A stretch of 64,000 nucleotides of DNA from Fimbriimonadales bacterium. GTDB lineage: Bacteria; Armatimonadota; Fimbriimonadia; Fimbriimonadales; GBS-DC. Shown piece by piece: positions 48,727 to 56,686 of this stretch. The notes under the pieces are model-generated. The model was not told where the DNA came from. It searched no databases and saw nothing but the letters and a program-made list of their open reading frames with translations. The DNA lies in NCBI GenBank assembly GCA_025998675.1, contig AP024673.1, positions 459,221 through 523,220 on the forward strand, written 5' to 3'. How positions within the stretch are numbered: the stretch's first letter is position 1; each line of letters opens with the position of its first letter. Made by a program: the position numbers and the translations under genes.

Positions 48727-50589
48727 ATGCGAGTGTTCTGGGTTTTTGGGCTGATAAGTGCGCTGCTGCTGGGCGGCGCGGCGCAGACGCTGGTGCTGAC
48801 CAACGGCGACGCGAACGGCGATAATGTGGTGGATGACGCCGATTTGCTTGCAGTGTTGTTCGCGATGGGGCAATCGTGTCCGAGTGGTTGCCCAGAGGAT
48901 TTGAACGGGGATGGCGTGGTGGACGACGCAGATATGCTGCTTGTGCTTTTCAATCAGGGGGCGCAGGGGGCGTCGGCGTTTGCGGGCACGGTGCAGTCGC
49001 CGTCGGGGTCGTTTGGGCGCACGATAGGCGTGCGGTTGGGCGACTGGGTTGGGAGTGCGCAGTCGGTGAAGGTGCAGCTCAAGCCTGTGGGCGCGGAGGA
49101 TGACCCGAATGTGCCGATTTACGAGTGGACTTTTTCGGTGGGGGGCACGCCGCAGGATGTGCAGCTGGTCAATCTGCCTGCGGGGGCGTACACGGTGCGG
49201 GCGTTTGTGGCGAGTGGCGCGCGCTGGCTGCGGACAGAGGGTAAAATCGTGACGGAGGTGCCGTGGATCTTCGCGGCGCCGACGGGGGCGAATAAGGTGA
49301 CAGTCTACTGGGATCCAGTGCCGGGTGCGACGGGTTATCGGGTGCGCTGGGGGACGGTGAGTGGGAGTTATCCCAGCGCAAGTGGGCTGTTATCGGGTTC
49401 GGCGCGGCGCTACACGGTGTCGGGCTTGGTGAGTGAGCGGGAGTATTACTTTGTGGTGGAGGCGGAGTGGAATGGGGTTTGGGGTCCGCCTTCGGAGGAA
49501 GATAGCGCAGTGCCGCATGTGGGGGCGATCCGATGGGATTCTGGCAATGTTAGCTGGATTATGAAGGATGTTCGGCGTGTGATTGGCTCTATGGCAGGGT
49601 ACGATATGCTCGATGTGTTAGGTCCTGACGGTCTAATCTATACTGACAGTGGGGTAAGGCAGCCGACGACCTTCTTTGACACGAATCGGCAGGTTTTCCT
49701 TTTTACCGACTTTCCTAATTTGCAAGTTCCAGCGGTTGACGCAGGGCGTGAAGAGTTAGAGAACACCTGCACCGGACCCTACCGTCGTGTGCGGACAAGA
49801 GGGGATCGAGGTATCACAGCTGTTTGTGGAACTTTTTGGGTACCCTCCACAACTTCACCGCGCTGGCCGTTCATTCAGATTTCCATACTTCCAGTCGTGG
49901 ATGACCCCAACAACAACTTTAGAACCGCAGATACACCATACATGTACTTTGGTTTCGCATTTGGCAACACGGATGTTGAAGGTGGTTTGATGTATCATCG
50001 GGCGGGTAGAGCTGGTTTGGGCTACCCACGCTGGCAGGCTTATATGAAGGTTGTGCATCAAGGTCGTGTTAGAAATGTAGCGATTACAGATACCAGCAAT
50101 ATGAGAGGGCACATCTTGGATAATGTATATGGTGGGACACCTACTGTAGTCGAGCTGTACGCTTTTAGTCGGGATCGGGCAGCAATGCTCCGCATACAGC
50201 CTATAGATCCCAAATACGGCAACACAATTTTCCTCAGGGAGATTTTTGCTACTGCCAAGCTCAGACAAAATATATCAGGAGCACGTTTTCGGCGTGTTTT
50301 CTCGATAGCTCAAAGAAGGGAGTCAATGCCAGGGTGCCCACTAATGCCCGGCTATGTAAGAACGGGTAGTTATGTAAGCGGAATGGGAATAGGGTATAAT
50401 CCTATTGAGGGTTCTCCTTTAGATCCACCTGGGCAGATTTCAACGGCTCCCTTTCTTTGGTTCGAGTGGATAAGACGCGATTATACCGATCAAGCTGGCT
50501 CATATCCAGGTTCAAATGCTGGGATTGTTTCGTGGGTCGAGATAATCCAAGATTCACGGGAAGCAGTCACTATATACTTAGGAAATTGA
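48727..50589 (+). CDS. Secreted protein: signal peptide + dockerin-like double Ca-loop + FN3 + about 370-aa unassigned C-terminal domain
   Basis: MRVFWVFGLISALLLGGAAQ signal. NGDANGDNVVDDADLLAVLF / EDLNGDGVVDDADMLLVLF dockerin repeats. FN3 (VTVYWDPVPGATGYRVRWGTVSGSYP...YYFVVEAEWNGVWGPPS). The C-terminal part has markedly lower GC. ATG 48727 is preceded by aggagg. Confidence 0.75.
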   Translation: MRVFWVFGLISALLLGGAAQTLVLTNGDANGDNVVDDADLLAVLFAMGQSCPSGCPEDLNGDGVVDDADMLLVLFNQGAQGASAFAGTVQSPSGSFGRTIGVRLGDWVGSAQSVKVQLKPVGAEDDPNVPIYEWTFSVGGTPQDVQLVNLPAGAYTVRAFVASGARWLRTEGKIVTEVPWIFAAPTGANKVTVYWDPVPGATGYRVRWGTVSGSYPSASGLLSGSARRYTVSGLVSEREYYFVVEAEWNGVWGPPSEEDSAVPHVGAIRWDSGNVSWIMKDVRRVIGSMAGYDMLDVLGPDGLIYTDSGVRQPTTFFDTNRQVFLFTDFPNLQVPAVDAGREELENTCTGPYRRVRTRGDRGITAVCGTFWVPSTTSPRWPFIQISILPVVDDPNNNFRTADTPYMYFGFAFGNTDVEGGLMYHRAGRAGLGYPRWQAYMKVVHQGRVRNVAITDTSNMRGHILDNVYGGTPTVVELYAFSRDRAAMLRIQPIDPKYGNTIFLREIFATAKLRQNISGARFRRVFSIAQRRESMPGCPLMPGYVRTGSYVSGMGIGYNPIEGSPLDPPGQISTAPFLWFEWIRRDYTDQAGSYPGSNAGIVSWVEIIQDSREAVTIYLGN

Positions 50590-50599
50590 GGAGGTTCTT

Positions 50600-51592
50600 A
50601 TGAACAACTTGCTGGCAGTAACTGACCCGAAGATACCAGACCGATTTCGGTTTGTGGTGTTTGATGGGCGAAGGGGTGTTGCTTTCTATCAGGTGTCAGA
50701 CGGCAAGCTCATACAGAAGGAATGGCTTGTCCAGTTTTCTGGTTACTGGTACATCTCTGGGGCAAATCCCACCCTTTCACCGAATGGGCGATGGATCTAC
50801 CTGCCCCTGCACGCTGATACTGCCTTGATCGACATCCAAACAAAAAGGTTGCACTGGCTGGGACGCGCCCGCCGCCTGCCGGAAGGAGGATACATTCCAG
50901 AGGTCTATCGGCTACGCTGGTCACCCAATAGCCGCTACCTGTTGGGACAATCGGCGCCTCAAGGGCGCGACTTGATTTTGTGTCAACCTTTAGGACAGGC
51001 TTATCGGGTGCTGGTGAAAGACGGGGTGTATGGTTATGGCTGGTATCCTGATAGTCGGCACATCTGGTATGTGCAAAAGGATGGAAGGGGATATTTCCAG
51101 TGGTATCGACGGGATCTGCAATCGGGTCGCGTGGAGCGATTGAGAGCATCAGAGCGGCAGCGAATCAATAGCGATTGGGATTTGACGTTAGGTCCGTTTC
51201 GGTGGATGGAGGTGGAAGTTCGTCGGCTGCTTAAGCCGGCTGAATGGACGGCTTTGATGGTGATTGCATGTACGGCAGATAGGCAGTTGCGGGTTCTGCT
51301 GCCAGCGCAGAACCTGCACCGTCGGATGTTGATTGAGTGGCGGAATGGGCATTCAGTAGTGCTGGAGGCACCTCCGACAGTGCGCGCGATGAGCTTGTGG
51401 GATTTATCGGCGGACAAGCAGTGGGCACTTGTGTGGAGCCAAGAGCAAGGCGATGGGCACTGGTATGTGGTGCATCTGGAGCGTGGTCACTGGGAGCGAC
51501 TGGTTTTTTCTGCAGAGGTGGAGCAGGCCTTGTCGGTTGTTGATGGGGTAATTCGCGCAGATTTTGAACCAAGCGCACGCCTTCTGCGATAG
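50600..51592 (+). CDS. Island paralog P1 (330 aa), PD40/TolB-like repeat protein without signal peptide
   Basis: LSPNGRWIYL, RWSPNSRYLLG, GWYPDSRHIWYV and LSADKQWALVW repeat cores. Shares the family motifs with P2-P4. RBS gaggagg. Confidence 0.7.
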   Translation: MNNLLAVTDPKIPDRFRFVVFDGRRGVAFYQVSDGKLIQKEWLVQFSGYWYISGANPTLSPNGRWIYLPLHADTALIDIQTKRLHWLGRARRLPEGGYIPEVYRLRWSPNSRYLLGQSAPQGRDLILCQPLGQAYRVLVKDGVYGYGWYPDSRHIWYVQKDGRGYFQWYRRDLQSGRVERLRASERQRINSDWDLTLGPFRWMEVEVRRLLKPAEWTALMVIACTADRQLRVLLPAQNLHRRMLIEWRNGHSVVLEAPPTVRAMSLWDLSADKQWALVWSQEQGDGHWYVVHLERGHWERLVFSAEVEQALSVVDGVIRADFEPSARLLR

Positions 51593-51703
51593 ATTAGCAT
51601 TCCTTCGACGGGTATAATCAGCGTCGAACAGCCGATTAGACAGTGGAACCGCGAGGTGGTAAATATTGATCTACGCTAACTTCGTACGAGGAGGTACCAA
51701 ACT

Positions 51704-52782
51704 ATGGTTCGGCAGAAGAGACAAGAAGGGGTATCACCGCCGCCTGTTGTTTATGTCTTCTTGGACGTAGACCTAAACCAACCCGCACCTGAAGGGCATT
51801 ACTGGATTAGCCTCCATCGTAAAATCTTACGCTATCGCGAAGGGGAAGTCGTTGAGGAACCTCTGCAAAGTATCCCCCTTTTTCTCGATCCGATAAAGAA
51901 CGAGTTTCGCCATAAGGACCTCTCGCCTGATGGTCAGTATTACTACTATGCGGGGGTATCTTTCACCTATTGCGGCAGAGTGGGCGACGCGAGTTCCAAA
52001 CCGATTGTGCTGAACAGCCTCTATCGCTGCAAGTTCTCGCCTGATGGTCGTTTCCTGTGCGGATACGGAGGGGGCGAGGAAGAGGAGATGATAGTGGTAG
52101 ACTGTGCCACGCGCCGTGTGCGCCGCTTGGCAACGCCAGAGTATCCGCGCGACACCGAGGATCCAAATGCCGACTATCGGTTTGGGTGGTATCCAGACAG
52201 TCGGCATATCTGGTATCAGGAAGATGTCGGGGCGCTCGATTATCATCGGCTGCGGGCTTCCAAGCAGGATGTGGTCAGTGGGCGTCGCTGGGTGTTGAAA
52301 GGGCGCCAGCTGGATGAGGTGTACCGCGAGTGGGCGTTGTTGGATCCACGCTACCGACGGGTCCTGTGGGGATGGATAATAACTGTGCCTTCCGCTACTC
52401 TCCCCGTCAACAGGTTCGGGCGCGGGTGGAGCCGCTCGCCGCGGCTTCGTATCTTGAATACCGCCCGAGGCGTCAGCAAGTGTCGGTAGAGTGGCGGTAT
52501 GGGCGTTCGCGCGTGGGGATAGAGCGAGGGCAACACCCCTGGGTACGGATACTTCCGCGAGATGTGACGGAGGATGGGCGCTGGGTGCTTCTTTCCGTTG
52601 GGAAACAGAAGGATGAGGAGAACTTTCATAGCGAGCTGCTTGCAGTAGAAGTGCCGATGGGCAGGAGGTACAGCTATGTTCAATTATCGGGGAAAGGTGT
52701 TGGTCTGGTTGGTATCCCGCGGCTGGCAACTCCATACGATAGACCTTTGTACCAGTTTTGGCGAGGCGAGGCAAATACTTGA
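51704..52782 (+). pseudogene. Island paralog P2, frameshifted
   Basis: The N-terminal 2/3 (KFSPDGRFLCG, FGWYPDSRHIWY, LLDPRYR) is in one frame up to about 52356. The family C-terminus (AFRYSPRQQVRARVEP...DVTEDGRWVLLSV...ELLAVEV) continues in listed ORF 52330..52782. The span of 1079 nt is not divisible by 3. Confidence 0.7.
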
Positions 52783-52800
52783 GGGCGTCGCTATCTCGCT

Positions 52801-52870
52801 ACAGTCTACAGGGATGAGGCGCCAGGTGCGATGAGGTATCGGGTGCGCTGGGAGATGGTGAGCGGGAGTT
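52801..52870 (+). pseudogene. Relic of the FN3-coding segment of gene 48727..50589
   Basis: 58/70 nt identical by hand alignment to 49300-49369 (TVYWDPVPGATGYRVRWGTVSGS versus TVYRDEAPGAMRYRVRWEMVSGS). No ORF context. Confidence 0.75.
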
Positions 52871-52977
52871 CGCCCGGTTTTCTCGATCGATGAGGATGCT
52901 GGTGAGCAAACTTGGGGTGGGACAAGTCCAAGATATTATCGCGAAACAGTTGGCGTCGATCTGAGGAGGCGGTAGAT

Positions 52978-54027
52978 ATGGGGATAGCTCAAGAAACCGT
53001 AGAGAAACGGCTGCCGCCGATAGAATATTTTTCGGTTTCCTCGCACCCGAAACGCAAAGGCTTTCGAACGCTATATCTCGCTCGATTGCAGCAAGGGCAC
53101 CAGCACCTCAAGAGAAGAATCGCCACCTTCAACGAAGCCGCAATGGTGGACCCCTTCTGGGGGCTGGCTGTGCTGTCGATAGTCCTTTCACCTGACCAGC
53201 AGTACTACTGCATCACAGGCGCCAGTCAGAGCATCATCGGGCAGATAGGGCAGCCTCCGTTCAAAACGATAGACGACGCTTTTTACGGTCGTTTCTCGCC
53301 CGATAGCCGCTACCTGTTGGGCTACCGTGCCCTCAGTGGCAATCTGGAGCTGGTAGACTGCAGACGCAGGCAAACCCGTCGGCTAACAGAAGCGAACAGC
53401 ACACTGGATCGGGATGCCAGCAAAGAGTACTTCTACCACTTTGGCTGGTATCCCGATGGGCGCGCGGTCTGGTTTCGTCTTGACTGGATTACCCCGACAG
53501 GACCGCTGCCCGAACGCTACTATCGGCTGGAGCTAACAACAGGGCGTAAGCAGGTGTTGGGCGCCGCACAAAGCCGCCAGTTGCATACCGACTGGCAGTT
53601 GCTCAACCCACGCTATCGCTACTGCAGTCCCTTTTTGCAGGGCAATCGGTTGTATGCCTACTCGCGTGATGGGCGATGGCGTGTACGGGTGGAGCCTTAT
53701 TATCCCTATTCGGTTGATCATCCTGAGGACAGGGCAAGGGTGTATGTGGAACAACGAGGTGGGGTTTCGCGGTTGGTGGTGCAGGCGGAGCGGCATGGGT
53801 GGGCAAAGGTGTATCCGCAGGATGTGTCGGTGGATGGGCGGTGGGTGTTGTTGATAGTGGAACGCTGGGGTGTGGATGGAAACGGGCAGCGGGTGTTGCA
53901 GGGAGAGTTAGTGGCAGTGGAGGTGGCGCGTAGGACGGTGCTATATCCGCTGGTGAAGGGTGGGAAGCGTGTTGCCCAGTTCGTGCGGACGAACCAACTG
54001 GAGCCAGCATACTGGTTCAGCAAGTGA
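52978..54027 (+). CDS. Island paralog P3 (349 aa)
   Basis: RFSPDSRYLLG, FGWYPDGRAVWF, DWQLLNPRYRY, DVSVDGRWVLL, ELVAVEV. ATG 52978 is preceded by gaggagg. No signal peptide. Confidence 0.7.
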   Translation: MGIAQETVEKRLPPIEYFSVSSHPKRKGFRTLYLARLQQGHQHLKRRIATFNEAAMVDPFWGLAVLSIVLSPDQQYYCITGASQSIIGQIGQPPFKTIDDAFYGRFSPDSRYLLGYRALSGNLELVDCRRRQTRRLTEANSTLDRDASKEYFYHFGWYPDGRAVWFRLDWITPTGPLPERYYRLELTTGRKQVLGAAQSRQLHTDWQLLNPRYRYCSPFLQGNRLYAYSRDGRWRVRVEPYYPYSVDHPEDRARVYVEQRGGVSRLVVQAERHGWAKVYPQDVSVDGRWVLLIVERWGVDGNGQRVLQGELVAVEVARRTVLYPLVKGGKRVAQFVRTNQLEPAYWFSK

Positions 54028-54116
54028 AAGGCTGTCCAGAGGGCGATTCTGATGGCGGGAATGCTCTGTTGCAAAGAGGATCAGGTAAAATGTGAGGCGG
54101 TCAGGAGGAGACTGGC

Positions 54117-55157
54117 ATGAAACATCACCCACCTGTTGAACTGATGACGATGCGCGAAACGAGCAATCCTCCTTACTATGATCTCTATCTGGCTCGCTAT
54201 CAACAACTATGGACGCTCCAAAAACTGCTCACGGTTGGGATTACTATCTTTAGCGACGACCTCTCGTGGGACAAACAGTGGTACTATCTCGCCTCGGTAA
54301 ACAACGGCACCTTTCTGTGCAAGGTGGGACAACCAAAACTCAAAAAAATCAGTGAGGAGCTGCTGAACTGTCGTTTCTCCCCTGACAGCCGCTTTCTGCT
54401 GGGAACTACTCATTTCAGAGGAGGAATGGTTCTCTTTGATCTCAAGTATGACACTCATAAAGTAATTGACAGGGGCTACGCAGAATATACCTCCCATGCG
54501 TCCAGCTTTCCCTTCGGCTGGTATCCTGATGGGCGTGCCGTCTGGTATTGCCGCCCAGCGAGAGGTGGAGAAGAAAACGATGTCTACTTTCGGGTGGTGG
54601 TTGGGAGCTGGCAGAGTCAACGGCTTTCAGCTCGTGAGGTCAGGCAAATTCAGATGGGCTGGGATTTGTTAGACCCGCGTTTCCGCTACCCCAGCGAGCC
54701 AGTCCTGACATTGCACCGCCCTAAAACAGCCCCAAAGGGATACTATGCAGCTGAGGTTAGATATGCGTATTCACGGAACTGTCAGTTCCGACTGCGAGTA
54801 GTGCGGTATCGGGAGGATTTAGCTCCTGAAGCGATACCTACGCCAGAGCAACTCCCGCAGGTGAAACATGAAGTCGTGCTGGAGAGCCGCAGTGGACGCT
54901 CACAGGCGCTGGTCAGCCTGAACGACCCCCCGTGGACCGATGCGGAGCGGATCATCCCGCAGGCAGTATCTAATGATGGGCAGTGGGTGCTGTGGGCAGC
55001 GGAGCGCCCCCTGTACGATCCTTTGCGGAGGGAAGAGGGGTTTCGGATGCTGGGCGTGTTGATGAATGTTCAATCAGGAGAAAAACAGTTCCTGCCCGAT
55101 GAAATTCCAGGCATAGGAAGGTATTCGTCTGCCCGTATGTGGTTTGATGAGGGGTGA
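54117..55157 (+). CDS. Island paralog P4 (346 aa)
   Basis: RFSPDSRFLLG, FGWYPDGRAVWY, GWDLLDPRFRY, AVSNDGQWVLW. RBS ggaggag. No signal peptide. Confidence 0.7.
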   Translation: MKHHPPVELMTMRETSNPPYYDLYLARYQQLWTLQKLLTVGITIFSDDLSWDKQWYYLASVNNGTFLCKVGQPKLKKISEELLNCRFSPDSRFLLGTTHFRGGMVLFDLKYDTHKVIDRGYAEYTSHASSFPFGWYPDGRAVWYCRPARGGEENDVYFRVVVGSWQSQRLSAREVRQIQMGWDLLDPRFRYPSEPVLTLHRPKTAPKGYYAAEVRYAYSRNCQFRLRVVRYREDLAPEAIPTPEQLPQVKHEVVLESRSGRSQALVSLNDPPWTDAERIIPQAVSNDGQWVLWAAERPLYDPLRREEGFRMLGVLMNVQSGEKQFLPDEIPGIGRYSSARMWFDEG

Positions 55158-55253
55158 GTCTGTGCGTATTCCGACTATCCAGTTGATCGGCTCCGGCCCC
55201 TGTGGACAAAAACGGCACTCCCACAGGGCAGAGCTTCGTGGAGCACGACAGGC

Positions 55254-55919
55254 GTGCTTGGGCAACTATACGCAACTACCCGTACAGGCGAATTGCAGAA
55301 CCCCTGTGCGCGGCTGTATCGTTCGGGCAAGAACTTTGCGGAGCAGAACTGGAACCTGGTGGTATCGTTTGCGGTGTGGGGGTATAATACCGCTGACCCG
55401 AACGCCGATGCGGGTGTGGTGTACCTGTCGGGTGTGGACGCCCTGTCGCGGTTGTTGCTGGTGGGCAGCGAGTGGGGCAGCTATGCGACAGGTGTGGGCG
55501 GTGTGCGCCGGGGCGGCGTGGCGCGCGGGGCAGCCAAGCTCAGCGGCGGCTCTCGGCTGGCGGGGCAATCTGCAGAGCTGCCAACGCCGCGAGCAGGGCA
55601 AAAAGTCTACCGTGTATACGGGGGCGAACCGACGGAGGTCAATGCTTGGATGCGGAAGGAGTATTCGGGACCAATGGGAAGGTACTGGACGCCTGTGGAC
55701 CCGCGCACTGTGCGGAACTATAGGTACAAAGCTGGCTTACCCAAAGAAAATAGGGGACGCTTTCTGATTATTGGACGGATCGTGGATCCCACTGGTGTAG
55801 AGGTGGGACGCGCCGCGCCTATTTGTAGCAATCGCGGCGGGTTGGTTGAATACAAAATCCCAGACCCAGAACGACAAATCGAGATTCTGCGAGTACTAGG
55901 CTTAAATCCGCCTCTGTGA
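55254..55919 (+). CDS. Toxin-like protein (orphan C-terminal effector module?), start uncertain
   Basis: The frame is open from 55158, immediately after and in frame with the P4 stop. GTG 55254 is the listed start. After a G/A/R-rich linker, a compact His-free C-terminal domain: KVYRVYGG...GRYWTPVDP...AGLPKENRGRFLIIGRI...NRGGLVEYKIP. This pattern reminds me of ART/TNT-fold NAD-utilising toxins. It is followed by a small acidic helical ORF. Confidence 0.45.
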   Translation: MLGQLYATTRTGELQNPCARLYRSGKNFAEQNWNLVVSFAVWGYNTADPNADAGVVYLSGVDALSRLLLVGSEWGSYATGVGGVRRGGVARGAAKLSGGSRLAGQSAELPTPRAGQKVYRVYGGEPTEVNAWMRKEYSGPMGRYWTPVDPRTVRNYRYKAGLPKENRGRFLIIGRIVDPTGVEVGRAAPICSNRGGLVEYKIPDPERQIEILRVLGLNPPL

Positions 55920-55946
55920 TTGCTCCTTGCATGTTGGGAGGCAGTT

Positions 55947-56330
55947 ATGAGAAGTGACTATTACTCGCTGGTGAAGGTACTTGAGCGGATTGCTCGGTTC
56001 TTTGAGCAGCTTTCGCAACCCAACAGAGGAGAATACTTCAATCTACTTGCCGGGATGATCCGCGAGGGGAGATACGAGGAAGCGATTGAAGAGTTAACTG
56101 GCTTGCGCCTATGGGGAGGTGCAGGGTCGTATGTGGATCTTGTACTCTACCCTAAAGATGGGTTTGTTTTCGGCGAAGAGGATTTCGGACGAATAAACGC
56201 TGAATATTGTTCTCTACTTCTCGATCTGCTAACCCAGCTGGAGCGGATAGCGCCACGTTCGTGGATGGGAGACATGAAGGACTCGTTAATTCGTTTGAAA
56301 GATTATTACTCGGCGATTAATAGGTGCTGA
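55947..56330 (+). CDS. Putative cognate immunity protein (127 aa)
   Basis: ATG 55947 is preceded by gggagg, 27 nt after the toxin-like stop. Low GC, helical-looking, no signal peptide or TM (MRSDYYSLVKVLERIARFFEQL...). Confidence 0.4.
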   Translation: MRSDYYSLVKVLERIARFFEQLSQPNRGEYFNLLAGMIREGRYEEAIEELTGLRLWGGAGSYVDLVLYPKDGFVFGEEDFGRINAEYCSLLLDLLTQLERIAPRSWMGDMKDSLIRLKDYYSAINRC

Positions 56331-56686
56331 GATGTAGTGAGGCGTCTGCTTGCCTCGATTTCGATGCTTGTGGGGTAGGCGCTGCGGCTGACAGGTGTCT
56401 CTGCTCTACAAAGATGGGTATCGCCGCGAGTGTATTGCCTGTGAAGGGCGTGTCAGTCGGGGGCACTTGAACTCGTGAGAAAACCCGATCGGAGTCCCCT
56501 TCAAAAGCGCAGGTGTCTCTGTTGCCGAAGCAGGCTACCTCTCAGCCGATCCTTCCGCTCCTGAAGGCATAGCCTTTCTGAAAGCGCTGCACGCCAGCGC
56601 AGGGATTGCCCAGATTGCGCTGGAGATAGAGGGCTATGCTTCCCTGCTCCGTGCGCTGGGCGCTGTGGGCGTGGATACGCATAGGC

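Noticed and set aside
49300-52870. Diversity-generating retroelement (template/variable repeat pair) as an explanation for the FN3 segment duplicate
   Set aside because: The 12 mismatches are not adenine-specific (they include t>a, c>g, g>a, c>t and t>c). No reverse transcriptase ORF exists in the island.
55155-55228. Selenocysteine or programmed readthrough of the TGA between P4 and the toxin-like ORF
   Set aside because: The same frame has a one-in-three chance of occurring. The nearby hairpin starts about 43 nt after the TGA, which is too far for a bacterial SECIS-like element as I know it, and I see no SelB-type loop features. It is kept only as a note inside the toxin finding.
55144-55767. 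Listed ORF 55144..55767 (+, 207 aa) overlapping the toxin-like ORF
   Set aside because: The translation is Arg/Cys/Gly/Trp-rich junk (…RGCIVRARTLRSRTGTWWYRLRCGG…). The alternative frame (55158/55254..55919) has a domain-like composition and is followed by a coupled small ORF.
56560-56686. Possible extension of the carboxyltransferase relic upstream of the right repeat ([11 protein letters not shown] versus [11 protein letters not shown] at about 46970)
   Set aside because: The similarity is only a 5-6 residue resemblance, out of register with the 143-bp repeat, and not supportable without alignment statistics.
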